The notes under the pieces are model-generated. The model worked only from the letters and a program-made list of their open reading frames with translations. It made no database searches and was not told where the DNA came from. The translations under genes and the position numbers were made by a program. Shown piece by piece: positions 50,601 to 64,000 of a stretch of 64,000 nucleotides of DNA. The stretch comes from Podarcis cretensis (taxonomy: Eukaryota). Position 1 is the first letter of the stretch. Every line of letters starts with the position of its first letter. The stretch spans positions 52,390,001 to 52,454,000 of the forward strand of contig OX638154.1 of assembly GCA_951804945.1 (NCBI GenBank). The letters are read 5' to 3'.

Positions 50601-53521
50601 CAGCTCTAAAGTATATCTCTTACCTGCTCCCCCATCTTTAGTATTCCAACCTCCTGTCAAATGTATAAGGGAAGATTTTTGCCATTTATTCTTATTTGAT
50701 GAACTAGCAAACCCAGACGACTCCTACCCCAATTTACTTCTGACCTGTAAATTAGCAACCCGACTCCTCTACTATGAGCCATGTAAAAAGAACTAGCTTA
50801 CTATGGACAGGTTGTATCAGCAAACACCAGCTTCTATTGCACACCTGAAGACAGCTGAGGTCAGAGGACCAATCTCTGACTTTCCTCCTCAGACTCTGCC
50901 TTCATTACCTGTACCCCCTCATCCAATTATCGTACAAGTTTTGGTTCTTTGCTTATTTGTTTGTCCAGTTGAAACAACAAAAATACATTAAAACCATCTG
51001 AAAATCCTGCTAGCAACCAATCAGTATCAAGGACCTAACATGGGGTGGTAGTTAACCAAGTTTTACCAAGTTCATCAAGTTATTTAATTTCAATGGGTCT
51101 ACTCTAAATAAAACTTAGTTGAATACCACCTGTTATTTCTAAAGTGCTGTGAAAAATTTTTTGCCTAGGGTTGGAGATTTTTCAAGCTTGAGGCTGAAAC
51201 ACTCCTGTCTCTAGGCAGTTTGGAAAATATGGGGGCCGAGCACTTAGACCATTTCTGTTCTTTCCACATTTTGCAGAACAAGTGAGCTTCTATTTCCTTC
51301 TGACAAAGCCAAGTATGGGTCACCACACTTGACAAGAGAGTGAGTGGTTTTCTAAGTGATGTTAACCCCGATCTTGTCTGTTTTATCTACATGAGCCCTG
51401 ATCTCTACTGCTCTACTGATCCTCTGTCCTGGGGTTTCATGCTGCTCCCATTCCTGCCATACTGAAGCATCATGAATTCTGATCAAACATCAGCACCATG
51501 AAGCTATTCCCTGAAAGAGACATAAAATTTCCCTCTGCCTGCATGTCAAAATGGATTATACATAATAAAGAAAGCAGGCTTCTAACAGTCTGAACCCGAT
51601 AGCCCAAAATGATAGCAAAAAAGACATAATGTATTGTCCCAAGGGCAGGAGGTGCAACACAGCTAAGGGTTTCAGCCAGCTAATATCAAACATCACCACG
51701 CAGAGCGATTTGACTTTTTTGTATGTCCATCAACCTGCTGGTTATATCACTGCTATCCATTCACCAGAAGTTTAGTGAACTTCAAATGGCGATCATTAAT
51801 GGTCACTGAACTGCACAACGCCCCAATGTGCTTTCAGATTGCATTTGCAAAAGCCCAGCAATAAGGCAAGAGATTTGCTCTGACAGCAGGAAACCCTTGT
51901 CAAGCTCAGTGAGGAACATGCTGCCAGCCTCCCCCTTGTTACATTCAGGCCCTACCCTGATTTGACAGAACAGAAAATGCTTTTTATTTTATTTTTTTAA
52001 AAAAACTATTACCATTCAGAATGCCACTCTTGCTTTCACTTTATTTATTTTTTAAAAAATAGGCAAAACAAAATAGGAAGAGCCAAATTACACAAGCATT
52101 TCATAAAGCAAGCTCCTACATATGGTTTGAAATACAAAGCTGCTGAATTCAGTGGCACCACTCATGCCATTCATTAACAGAATACAGAAACTGTTTAAAG
52201 CATTGTAACATTTCCTTGCACAACACTGGGTTTGACTTTTTTGCACCAATTGCCTGTATCCACTACCTAACTGTCTCCTTATCAACACGGGGGTTGGGGG
52301 ACGGCCTTTTCCATGTATGCAGTTCTCTTGTATGCAGGGGGAGGGGGGGTCTCTAGAGAAATACAAAATGCCTGAGTAGTTAATCCATTAGGTTTGAACG
52401 AACGAGAGAGGTATCTGTGCTTAAAGCTCCGGTGGTCATACTGCTAAGCATTTTGGGTCACATAATTTGGAGCAGGGGAGCTGTTGTTTTAAAGGTTTGT
52501 ACAAAGCAGAAAGTCTTAAGCAGGTTATTTTTCTATGCACTTTCCAGACCTTTAGCACTGAGAAACAGCTGGCTAATATTCACTGGCGGGCAGGGGGAGG
52601 TGAGAGGGAGAGAGACTTAGAAGCCTGGGTGGGGGGTGGAGCAGACTTGGATATGCTCCAGCTGACCCAGCCTTTCCCAGAGAGAGGCTGAGTTATTATG
52701 CATAGAGGTGCTGTGTTAGGGTGGCCACAATGGGATTCTCCTCAGCTGCAGACCATATTCCATCAAGTACAGTAAGACTCTATTAGGGGAGATACAATAG
52801 GAACTTCGCTTCACCCGGCCTCTGAGAAAATAACTCCTCATTTCAATGCAAAACAGCCGTGCTTATTAAATACCTCCTTGAAGGAGCCAAGGAAGGGAGA
52901 AGGGGAAATGAAGAGGCAGCCAAGGGGTGGTGGGGAAAGGGAGATTTGCAATGAAAGTACCTTTTTGAGATTAATCCACTGTTTGAAGTAATCAGCAACT
53001 GGAAGCCCTAAGTATTGGCATTGTCCAGGTAACCTGTAAGAGAGGAGAGAGAACAGGTTGGATTCCATTGGAGGAGCCTGATATCACAAAATAAACTTTA
53101 TTAAACATTTCTGGTTTTGAGAAAGAGGATAGAATAAAATGCTATAGCCTGCATTTCAGAATGGTCCCACACATTTGACAGAGGCCACTCAAACACAGGA
53201 GCCCAACCCAAACCCAAGCTTGGGATGGCTAGACAACAGGCATTATACATCCAAGATGCTAGACATTTTCATTGAGGACTTAGAAGTTGGCAATATGTCA
53301 CCCGAATTTCACATGCAACCCATGAACATAGCAGTCATTTTTAAAAGGTGTGTAGGCCTGGTTAGATAAAACTAATCATCTTCAACTAGTGGTTAGTTCC
53401 ATAAGAAGATTAGCAAAGTAGCTGGGTATGTTCTGGTGAGCCCGTGGGCATATGACTTTAGGCACATGCCTTTCTTTGGTTGTTCCCACCTATGTTTATG
53501 CACTCAAGAACAGTCAACTGT

Positions 53522-53815
53522 GGCTGTATTCGCATGTAACACTAAGCCATGGTTTGCTTTAAACAACCCATAAATTATTTCACAAATAAACAAACAACCC
53601 ATAGTTTGCTCCCCCCAAGCTTGGTATGTTTTTCCAGCCATTCTTGCCTCATGGCTCTCTAATTCGGAAATGTCTGGGGTGGACAAACAAGCCATGGTTA
53701 AGCTTTTGGTTTGGCACTCTGCCCAAACCCATAGTTAAAACAAGCCATGATTCATAAGCCAACAACAAACCATAGCTTCACATCACAGTTTTTGTCAGAA
53801 AGTAAACCATAGTTA
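53522..53815. mobile_element. Degenerate palindromic DNA-transposon relic rich in AACCATGGTT (related pieces ~11125-11320, ~50215-50265)
   Basis: Repeated (A/G)CCAT(A/G)GTT motifs in both orientations; begins GGCTGTATTCGCATG. Family assignment uncertain. Confidence 0.45.
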
Positions 53816-53820
53816 GTCTT

Positions 53821-54331
53821 CAAGATGATCAAGGGACTGGAGCAATTCCCCTAAAACGAAAGGAGGCAACATTTGGGATTTTTTTAAGCTTGCAGATAAG
53901 GCGAGAGAGCGGGAACATGATAGAGGTGTTTAAAATTATACATAGTGTGAAGGAAGTGGACAGTAAGAAGCTTTTGTCCTTCTCTAGAACTCCCAGCCAT
54001 ACTGCGAAGCCATACTGTGAACAACAGACAAAAGGAAGTATATCTATACACATAGTTAAACTATGGAATTTGCTCCCATAAGATGTAGTGATGACTGCTA
54101 ACTTGTACAGCTTTAAAAGAGTAGATAAAACCATGGAGGATAACGCTAACAAAGGCTACTAGCTCTACATCCACTGTAGGTGGCTTATGTTTCTGAATGC
54201 CAGTTGCTGGGAAATCCCATGTAAGGAGAGCACTTGGGGGCTTCACATAGGCGCCTGGCTGGCCACTGTGAGAACAGAATGCTTGACCAGATGGGCCTTT
54301 GATCGGGTCTATTGGAGTTCTTCTTATGTTT
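53821..54331 (+). mobile_element. CR1 3' end (degraded RT C-terminus plus UTR)
   Basis: KMIKGLEQ..., GNMIEVFKIIH, IVKLWNLLP motifs; ends ttcttatgtt. Confidence 0.88.
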
Positions 54332-55574
54332 CTGTATAATTAGTTGATGGTATCCAATTTTAAATGTTTACATGGTTTTACTATATATATGTATGGCTGT
54401 TATAAACCGGCTTTGACTTTTTTATGAATAGCGGTATACAAATATTTTAACAAATATTTCATGTTCTTATGAACTCAAGTTGTAATAGATGGATGGCACA
54501 ACAAGGCATTGTCTTTGCCAAACTATGCACCCATAAATTATGCCGGTGCTTGCAGCTGGACCCAAAGATGCCAAGATTACCAGAACTAGGCACACAGAAC
54601 ATGTGGTAAACAGCCAGGACATACCTAGATCACAAACCATCCTCACATTTCTATTCTGCTGTAACAACAGTCATCAGAAAGTTATCAGCAAGAGAGTTAT
54701 CAATACATTGGCAAAACTAGCTAGGGAACTAAGGACTATATCATAGCTCTACAATCTCTCCCATAGTAAGAATTTGTGTTCCCCAGACAGCAGGCATGTC
54801 CTAAGCCCCACAACTCCCCCCCCCCTTCTGCTACTGGAGGGGCAAAGAATAGGCATTGTGTCCATTATCTTGGAATGTAGATTCATTTGTTCCCAATCAA
54901 TTTGATTGATATGGGGTAGTTAACAGGTCATAATGCTTATTAATGCTTTGCTAAAGATTTTTAGAGATGCCCTGAATGCTGGATGGGGTATGAATTAGGC
55001 GAACACAGGAAAGACCCAAAATTAATTAAATAAGTGATTAATAGATCCATTTACACATGGTAATTACTGCAATCCAAGCAATTGGATATGCAAATTAGGC
55101 ATGCACTTTGTACCCAGCACTTTGTTGTAAACTCCTACAAAGAAAGAAGGGGTTGGACAGGGCAGGGCAGTGCAGGGCTGGTTCCCTGGTGTTCGTAGTG
55201 TTGCCTCTAAGGGAGCACAATTCAGTGGATTTAGAAACAAGACTTTCACCTACTGTCCGCATCTAGACATCAATAACATCTTCCCATACACACATGCTAT
55301 ACTTCGACATAAACATAAGAGTTCTGGGGCAAACTGCTTCCAAACAGAAGTTTTGTAAGGGTCCAAGTTATCCTTATCTTGAAGTACACACAATTTTGTT
55401 ACTTTTCCTTCTCAAATAAAAATACTAAAAAGTATGAGCTAACAAACTATTGCCTTCTAAACTCATACATGTGAATCCAGACTGCCTTTATAAGTACAAC
55501 TTCACAGTTTAAAGAAGCTACTTCAATAAGGTTATTATTATTATTGGTGACAACCTGTTGTGATAGTTACTGTA

Positions 55575-55928
55575 CAGTGGTGCCCCGCAAGACGAACGCC
55601 TCACAAGACGGAAAACCTGCTAGACGAAAGGGTTTTCCGTTTTGGAGGCACTTCGCTAAACAAATTTCTCTATGGGGTTGCTTCGCAAGACGAAAAAATC
55701 TTGCGAGTTCCCGCAGGTTTTTTTCCGCTCCCCCCCCTTTCCTAAGCCGCTAAGCCGCTTATCAGCTGTTCCGCTGATAAGCCGCTTAACAGCTGATTGC
55801 TAAAAGCCGCTAGACTGCTAATAGCGCTAATCCGCTAAGCTATCAATGGGCTTGCTTTGCAAGACGAAAAAACCGCTAGACGAAGAGAATCGCAGAACAG
55901 ATTCTTTTCGTCTTGCGAGGCACCACTG
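55575..55928. mobile_element. Tc1/mariner MITE with internal (CCGCTAA)-like repeats
   Basis: TA-CAGTGGTGCCCCGCAAGACGAA ... TTCGTCTTGCGAGGCACCACTG-TA. Confidence 0.92.
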
Positions 55929-56529
55929 TATATACCACCTCCAGGATCAGAGGCAGCATTCTTGTTTTAACTGCTTGTAATATTGTATTATTACACAGAT
56001 ATATTCAACCCAAAAACAAATAGACTAGCTGCTCTTCATGATCTCCAGCATGACTTTCATTGGTAAGAAGAGCTTCTCTCTTGAGGCCTGGATGGATTAA
56101 CGGACAGGCTTCATTTGCCACTGTGTATTCCAAATTCCTACATTATGTTCTGCAGTAGGAAAAAAAGTTCAGCTGCAACCTAAATACTGTATGTGTCTAA
56201 AGAATCAGAATTTTATACATCCTGCTAGCCATGTAAGAGAAACACACACCCCGACCACTGAACATCCTATTCAATATTCTTATATTTCACTCCTGAACAT
56301 TTTAATTTTCCTCCCAGAGCCATAAAACTGAGAAAATTAAATTTAAAAACTAGAAAGATTTGTGTCAAATTCTAGCCCAGCATAATGTGAGGGAAGGCTT
56401 CTAAAATACACAGGGCAGTCGGACGGGCTGCAGAGGAGAATGATACGCAGATGGAGACAAAATCATGCAGCCCTCTTTCCTCCTTTGAAGCCAACTCTCC
56501 TTTCTTTCAACCAGGAAAGAAGAGCCCAG

Positions 56530-56945
56530 CTTGGCGGTGATAAACAGCCATGCTTTGGTTATCGCTTTCCTTAAGTTGAGGAGAGGCAGCTAGTGATGGA
56601 TGGACAGGAATTTGGTTATCAGGCAGGGCTGTCAGCCAGAGTTGCAGATAGCGCACACACATTTAGCAGGGCATCATTATGCAATGGCATGGAGCTAAAA
56701 TATGGCCAAGGGTATTGAAAGAATGAAAGAACAGGATTTAGAAAAAACTAGCAAATTGAGCAACAATAAAGGAGCGCAAAGCGAGGACGTTATCGTCCTA
56801 GTGACACCTTTTATCTCAGTCTGGTTAGCGAGAGAAGGGCACAAATTGGTCCTTCCTCCACCATTGTATCCTCTTGTACAAACAGAGGCAGATAAAATGT
56901 GTCACCAATGTGATAGCATATCAATTTAACCCTAATTATCCAGTG
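56530..56945. promoter_or_regulatory. Candidate GATA-factor enhancer
   Basis: Six WGATAR sites (56538, 56616, 56646, 56811, 56890, 56911) plus three near-matches in ~400 bp of TE-free DNA. Confidence 0.45.
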
Positions 56946-57660
56946 GGTCACACTAAGAAATAAGGGTTTCTCATTTCAACAGGTCCCTCGGTTTCTGCTA
57001 TGGAGGAGCCACATTAATAACACAGGGGGGAAGGAGGGGCAACGAGAAAAGGAGGGAGCCTGTAATTGAATTCAGTCACTCAGGTGGTCCTAGTGTATAA
57101 AAAATTAATGTACAACTCTCCCAACTAATCAGAGGCGGTTAATGTCCATCTGCTTCTGGGTTCAGAAAGTCAGAAGCCCAAGAAAATAGGGCCATTTCCT
57201 ACATGCTGGATTCATTGATACCGAGCTGGCTTTTTAAAGAGTCTCCTCCTTTGGAAAAGATATGGGGAACATTAAATCTTGATATTTATAGACCCAGTCA
57301 GGAGGCATTAATAGAACCTCATATGCTGTCATGTTCTGAAAATATACAGAAAGCTTTGTCACCACTGCTTCAGTAAAGGCCTTTCCGCATGGGTGGTGGA
57401 AGGAGAGGACGTTGTGGAGGTAGTAGAAGGAAGGGGACAACACTTAGGTCTGCTGCTTTGTGGTCTAAAGATAATTTCTGAACGAAGTTATACCATGTTC
57501 TATTTTTATTTACTTATATATTTAAAGCACCAATGTGCTGCAGTAAAGATGCTTCAGGAAATCTGCCATATTGCTTATAAAGTATGTGAAAGTAAACATG
57601 AAAGCAGAGTGACACAACCTCTTCCTCACACTTTAGAGAAAAGTCATACATCCCTTATAC

Positions 57661-57950
57661 CAGGCACGTCCAACAGGTAGATCATGATCTACCGGTAGAT
57701 CACTGGATGTCTGCGGCTTCCCCCAAAGAAGCTCAACAACTTTGGCTCCCCTAAAAAAAGCTCAACATTCTTGTCCTGCATCCCAAAGAAAAGGGGCTTT
57801 TCTCTCCCCTAAATAAAGCCCTACAACTTTGACCTGAACCCCTAAAAAATGGGCCTTCCTCCTTCCTAAAAACAAAACAAAAAAAAACCTTAACAATTTT
57901 GACCTGAACCTCCAATTAGATCACAGTCTATTGGGAGTTGGCTGTCCCTG
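57661..57950. mobile_element. hAT (Charlie-like) MITE
   Basis: CAGGC...CCCTG termini; perfect 8-bp TSD CCTTATAC (57653-57660, 57951-57958); internal repeats acaactttgacctgaacc. Confidence 0.9.
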
Positions 57951-60671
57951 CCTTATACCATTTAGATGCACTATAAAGTAAGAGAACAAAAACTATGGCC
58001 ATTCATGTATTCAGACCTATAGATGTCTATAGAAACCCAGAAAGCCTAACAATGCAAAAAGCATGTGCTACTCAAATGTGCTGCTATTCCTTAATGCAAT
58101 AATAATTCTTCTCTTCAATTTACAGGTGGCATCGTCTTACCCCAGGACAAGTCTTTGGATGGTAATGGAAAATAGCCAGTGAGAAAGGGATGCTTTGCCT
58201 AGTATAACCAACTGATACATAGAAATATTTAATGCAGCTTTTAAGAAAACAAAGAAAAAAGAATGAATCTACTGCAGAGGAGAGGGAGTGCTTACTAGAA
58301 AGTGCATGATGTTGTGCCAAGCTCTGACCTGGAGCAGAACATCAACTCCTCAGAGAACAAAGCAGATCTATCACCAAACAAATAATAAAGAGAGCAAAAA
58401 GTGCCCCCCTTTGCCAGCTCTGAAGATCCCTTTCCTGGTCTACCAACAGAGGATCTTCTCAAGGCCTCTCAGAGTGGGTGCCATTCTGAGTGTCATCAGA
58501 TGATCCCCCAAGGGACTCAAAGGGAGAGAACAAATTGCAGGCACCTAAAACATCCAAGCCTTCCTGGACTCTACACCACTGGATACCACATGGTATCAAT
58601 TGCTGTATACATTAAGCATTTGCCAAATTGAGAATTAGGCCTGAATTCAGAGTCTTGATAATCTGATGTTAGTTGTTTTAAAAGCAGGTTTCTAGCCCTC
58701 ATACAAAAGGAGAAAATCTAAAATGTGCCTGTGGCAGATCACCACCACTCTAGGTTGTATGTTACAATTGCCACTGCACAACATATTTCCAAGCATAGTG
58801 CAGGACTTAATAGCTTGTTGGAAATGTGATAAAAAGTCAGTTTTGTGCTCTTCTGAATTGCAGTAAATGAGCTTCAAAGCTCTGCAAAGTCACCTAAATG
58901 CTTTCTACAAAGAACACTTACTTTTTGCTCCTGTGTCCCCACAATAGACTTAATTACTTTTTTGAGTCATCTTGGTAGCATCCAAACAGCCAGAGGGGTG
59001 GCTGTGGTTCACATTTGCAAGTGACAGCATCAGGATGAAATATTCTAGCTTGGAAGTGCTGGGATTAATGCAGCACTCAATTTTCAGACCAACATGAGAC
59101 AGATCTCCCCTTTTTCTGCCCTCAAATGTGTCACAGCATAGCCAAACTATACGATGCATGTCAGCCTCACACATCAGTGTGCATGAAGCAGAAACATGAG
59201 AAAAAGAAAATGGAAAGGCTCTTCTACTGTCAGTAGAAGCTGATGATTTTTTGCTTCTGAAGGGTCGATTGGAGTTGCCTCTTTCCCTCAAAGTTCTACA
59301 GTGGAAAAAGTCACCTGAGCAAACAGTCAAAGACCTATTTAGCTTCTTGCCCTGGAATTCCTCAAGAAGCCATAGATCCAGGTGATGCCCAGAAATTCAC
59401 TAATGCAACAAGAAAGTCACCACCTCAGTCTGCTCAGGATCCCTCACACATAAATCGTCTAGTCTCAACTCCCCGGCTCACGCGCGCCACACTTCTAACT
59501 TTACAAGCATTCCTCACATCCCCCATCACTTTGTAAGCCCTCGGTCTGAAAAGCCATTAATGGCAACAGCCTTAGTGCACAACATGAAGGTCAGTGAAAG
59601 TTTTGCCTGCAAATGTCAACCTGTCACCTCTAAATATTAATGAGGGCTGACCAGCAGCAAAAATGCATCCATGCTCCGTTAGTAACAAAATAGATACATT
59701 ACAGTAAGAAAGGAGGAGGAGGAAAAGCACATAGCTGGAGCAGACAGAAGCCAAGTTTCAGGGCCACAGGTGCTGAGCTGAGCAGTTTTGATGTACAAGC
59801 CTAGCTCCCCCTCCACAACACTATCTAGGAAAGTAACCATTTCCAGTATAAACTCCACACACAAAAGTGTGATATACACCAAAACAGAAATACCTAATTC
59901 AAAGACCTATTGACATCAATTGGATATTGCTTCTTAACTTGTGCTTACAGCATATTTGCTAATGACTGCTTTTCTCTATTTTAAGCGTCGTCTTTGCATC
60001 TACTTTGTAAATGTGCCTGGAGTTCTAGTTAAAACAACAAGCACAATACACAAAAATAAAAATAAAAATAAGAGGTCAAGGAAACAAGTAGCCTGAGATA
60101 TGGACTATCTTTTTATTTTAGCATAATATACACAGAGGTAGCCAACACAGTATGCACCAGATATTGTTGGACTATAATTCCCATCAACTTTAACTATTGG
60201 ACATACTGGCTCAGAACACCACATAGACTACCCCAGCTCCCATTCAGAACAGACATTAAAGGTTCTTTGTACAACACGGGATTAACAGCAATTCAAACTC
60301 CTTTTGGCCAGGTTGGGGTGGGATGGGGTGAGCGTGTGTGAGTGGATTGAGCAAAGGCATCTCTCCATCTAGCCCTGCTGATCTCCACCAGTACAGAGCT
60401 TCTGCTTCTGCCCTTGGGTTACCCGCTGGTGGCAGCCAGCAAAAAGTCCTCCAGTTGGATGTTCTGGGGGCCAGCCCCACTGCCATTACATGACAGCTTT
60501 GCAATCTCCCTTCCACCAGGCAACAGCCAGGGTTAGGATTGCAATGTAAGTCTCTGAATGTTATTTTTTTTAAGTCTCTGAACTTTGAATTCTTTTCAGA
60601 GAACAACATTTTGTACTTGGGAACCTCAGTTTCTATAATTATTCCACTAAAGTGGATTCAGCAAACTTTCA

Positions 60672-60860
60672 GATTTTCAGAGGATCAGTGTTTCAGGATT
60701 CAGGAAAATCAAAAGGAAGAACTTCTTCACACAATGCATAGTTAAGCAACTGAATTTGCTACCACAAGATGTAGCAATGGTAACCATCTTGGAAGGCTTG
60801 GAAGGGTTCAAACAAATTTGTGGAAGATAAGGTTCCCAATGGCTCCTAGTTGCAATGTCT
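60672..60860 (+). mobile_element. Old CR1 3' fragment
   Basis: ttcaggattcagga..aaaggaagaacttcttcacacaatgcatagttaagc is a CR1 RT C-terminal motif similar to 54020-54150. Confidence 0.7.
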
Positions 60861-61199
60861 AGTACGCCTCGAAATAAGCTTTCCTTCACAAGCAGGATGA
60901 CTTGAATTTTATATTTTTTAAAAAGTTAAAGTTCTTAGGAAATAGATAACAGGGATTTCCTCCTATGTGTGTGCTTTTCTTTTTATTTTACTACAGTTTT
61001 AAAAATTGTTTTATCCCGTCTCTACTGCAGCTTTTTATTGGCTGCTTTTACTGACTTATCTTAATTCATTTTGTTGTTTTACTTTTATTGCTTATTTTGT
61101 ACACCACTGTGAATAAATTTTCATGCAGAAAAGCAGGATGTAAATAACATGAAATAAGACAAATCTTTCCTGTAATACAGGAGAACACCAACTTATGAA

Positions 61200-61332
61200 C
61201 CTAGGAAGTTGCCTTACACAGAGTCAGACTGTCTATGATGGCTGGGAAGAGGGTTTTCCCAGCCATCTCTGGAAATACTGAGGGTTGAACCGGGGACCTT
61301 TTGCATGCAAAGCATGCACTCCATCACGGAGC
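61200..61332 (-). mobile_element. tRNA-Ala-like SINE with CR1-type tail (similar older copy ~61920-62105)
   Basis: Minus strand ATGCTTTGCATGCAAAAGGTCCCCGGTTCAACC (tRNA anticodon arm plus B-box); tail end ctaggaagttgccttac..gagtcagac. Confidence 0.65.
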
Positions 61333-61768
61333 AACAGTCTTGCACCCAGCTCGTGCATCTTAAACAGAACTATACATAAGCTGCACATAAAAGATTCAAT
61401 AATTCTGTGCCATGGTAACTCAATCTGTGCACCAAAAATCTGCAATATTCTGCAAGACAGACATTCTACATTATACATTTTCTTAATTTTGATCATTTAA
61501 TTTTGATGCTCCTGCTGATCACGAAGAATGGATAACAGTTATGCAGGGGACTACTGTCTTGTCACCTGACCATCAGAAATTCTGCTTGACGCCATTTCCT
61601 GTATAAGAGAGTTCATTAAGCAGTCCTTACATGTTTTCAAGCCTATCTTCACAACTGTGAGGGCTAGATTTGCTTTTTTAATTTTATTTTTAAGTAAGAT
61701 AAGATCTTCAGTATACCAAGTGGTACATCAGTATACCAAGGTTAGCAGTCACATAATGGACAGAAAAG

Positions 61769-61889
61769 TCATAGAATCATAGAATTGTAGAGAGGAAGTA
61801 ATTCTAATCCAACCCTGTACAATGCAGAAATCTTCTTGCCCAGCATGGGGCTCAAACCCACAACCCTGAGATTCAGAGTTTCATGCTCT
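61769..61889 (-). mobile_element. tRNA-Lys-derived SINE with CR1 (ATTCTATG)n tail (POMSINE/Squam3-like)
   Basis: Minus strand AGAGCATGAAACTCTGAATCTCAGGGTTGTGGGTTTGAGCCCCATGCTGGGC resembles tRNA-Lys(CTT); ends CAATTCTATGATTCTATGA. Confidence 0.8.
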
Positions 61890-64000
61890 CTTGAACATAT
61901 AAGCATCATTAAGTTTAAACATACAAAACTGAGTTATGCAAGAGTCCAACACTTGATTCATCTAGCTTAGTATTGTCTCCTATAACCAGGAGTGGTTCTT
62001 CATGATCTCAGACAAAAATCTTTTCCATCACCTGGTTTCTGAGTGCTTTTAATCAGAGGTGCAAGGGATTATACCTGGGTCCTCTCGCATGAAAACATGT
62101 GTTCTATAAATTGTGGACACTCCCCTCCTCCTTACTGATATTTTAAAAAGGATGCTCTATCTTGCAGTGTCCATTTTCAGTGGGGGGGGGGCTATGCCAA
62201 AGCAAACGAGAGTTAATCAAAAATAGTCATAGAAAAAAGTCAAACACAAACAGGCAGCTGCACGGATGATTAGGTTGCAAACACGTTTTGAGAAAAACTG
62301 TTTGTCAAGGCCTGACTAAACCCAATACATGAAGCATCTCTCACTTCCTTCCCACCAAAGTTGTCAACTCCCTCTCCAGCTAACAAAGCATGCCGGAGAA
62401 CCAGAACGTTGCCAGCCCATCACCCATGCCTTCCCAAAGTGAACATTAACTTCAATTTGAAAAAGCTGATAGGAGAAAACAGAAAAATCAAGCGGAACAT
62501 GGGCACCCTTCTCCACTGAAGAGTCAGGCACTCTTAAAAGAAGAGAATGACAGAAAAACGCAACAGAGCCAAGCAGAAAGCTGCACAATGCCAGTGAAGC
62601 AGCAGGTGACAGCAGAGCTTAAAATTTCTCCTGGGTTCTGGAATCTCACAGCAGGCAACCTCTGGCATTTGGGCCCAGACAATGTGAGACGAGCTGTGTT
62701 CTTGTTGTGACAAAACACCCCACCCAGAAACAGTCACCATTAGCATGTGTTCTGCCAGTGAGAAACCTCCAGAGCCAAAGGACAAGTGCAGCAATTAGAA
62801 TGCAGGGAGGGAGGGGGGCAGGAGCTGTTTAACAGCACGACCCCAGAGGTCAGTGCATCTGACTCCTAGCACTTCCATAAATATTACATGACTGTCGGGG
62901 GGGGGGGTGTTTTAAGCTTCTCTGAACGAATTCTCCCTTTGACCCTTCCCCTCATTCTCACATTCTACATGCAGCTCAACATGTTAGCAACGTTATGTAC
63001 ATATGCAAAAGGCCAGATAATAATTTGTGTAAATGAAGGGAAGTGGATAAAAGTGTTGACTGCAGGAGTGACCTAGAAAAAGCATGGATCTCCAATACCC
63101 ATCAGTGTTCCATATGCAACAGTTCTTCTATATATTGCATTTATCATCTGCTCGGAATCAGTGCCTCACAATCAAATCCATCAAAGCACAGGACACCGGG
63201 AAAGGGAAAACAGAACTTTCAGCAGTACATGGATCATGCAAGATATGAAGAGTCAACTTGCCATACGACTGCAATTGCATTCCGTCACCACTGAACCTCA
63301 TCTACCATGGGTAGGGATGCCAAATGAACTGGTTTGCTCTGAATTTCAGAGTGAACTGACCTGATCTGCATCTCCAGGATTAATGCACAGAATAAAATGT
63401 GATTTTGTGGTGTTTGATTTGTTTGTGCACCTATACACACACAGATGTGAACCTATGGCCACCCGCACCCCCTCAAGTGTTTCCTGGCATATTCCTACAA
63501 CTTTTCTTTGCATAAAAAAGCTCTAGCATCTCCACAGCTCTTTTCGGAATATACACACACACACATACCAGCCCTGTTTTGCCTTTCTTAAAAAGAAAAT
63601 TAAAGTCACCTGAACAGTCTTCCCCAACCTGGTGCCCCCTGATGTTTTGGATTACAACTCCCTTCATTCCTCAACATTGACCATGTTAGGAGCGGGTGAT
63701 GGGAGTTATAGCCTAAAAGCATATGGAGGGCACCAGTTGGGAAAGGTTGCACTAGAGAGAAGAAACAGAATCCTTCAGGAATTCACCTAGCATGAGGCTC
63801 TCACCAAACCATCCTGCTTCCATGTAATATAGTAATCACCAAGTGACTCAGTGATCCTAGTGTACCTCTAAGCCTGATACCTATTTGACCATTTAGACAT
63901 TTCCCACACTGGTGGTATGAAGGCAAGGTCTGCAAGTATCCTGGAACTGAGAAAGGGCCCTAGCCTTCATGCATCTCCTATGATCGTGCTCTAATGCTCC

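Noticed and set aside
50248-50796. 182-aa plus-strand ORF
   Set aside because: No domain, splice structure or coding-like composition; starts in a repeat relic.
61835-61889. tRNA-Lys gene
   Set aside because: 5' arm missing, anticodon mutated and fused to a CR1 tail, so it is a SINE head.
1-64000. CRISPR arrays, prokaryotic operons, endogenous viral genes
   Set aside because: Vertebrate DNA; no spacer-repeat arrays or viral protein motifs seen in any listed ORF.

Overview
Vertebrate non-coding DNA from a squamate reptile, probably a lacertid lizard (inferred from Sauria SINEs, a tRNA-Lys/CR1-tail SINE, young L2 copies and CAGTGGTACCTC-ended TA-site MITEs). I could not identify any host protein-coding gene: the window reads like a large intron or gene desert with many TEs, microsatellites, four N-gaps and several TE-free, motif-dense segments that look like enhancers. 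The standout feature is on the minus strand at about 2803-3828. It is a dispersed 28S rRNA fragment interrupted at the canonical R2 target site by a 5'-truncated R2 retrotransposon (last ~54 codons of the ORF, stop codon and hairpin-rich 3' UTR), after which collinear 28S resumes. The cassette is bracketed by the direct repeat CCAAGGACA (2792-2800 and 3829-3837), and its 28S part shows CpG decay. The best reading is an R2-inserted 28S co-transcript retroposed out of the rDNA array. The R2 frame is under 60 aa, so the supplied ORF track missed it. Family assignments and comparisons with reference sequences are from memory, not from a database search.
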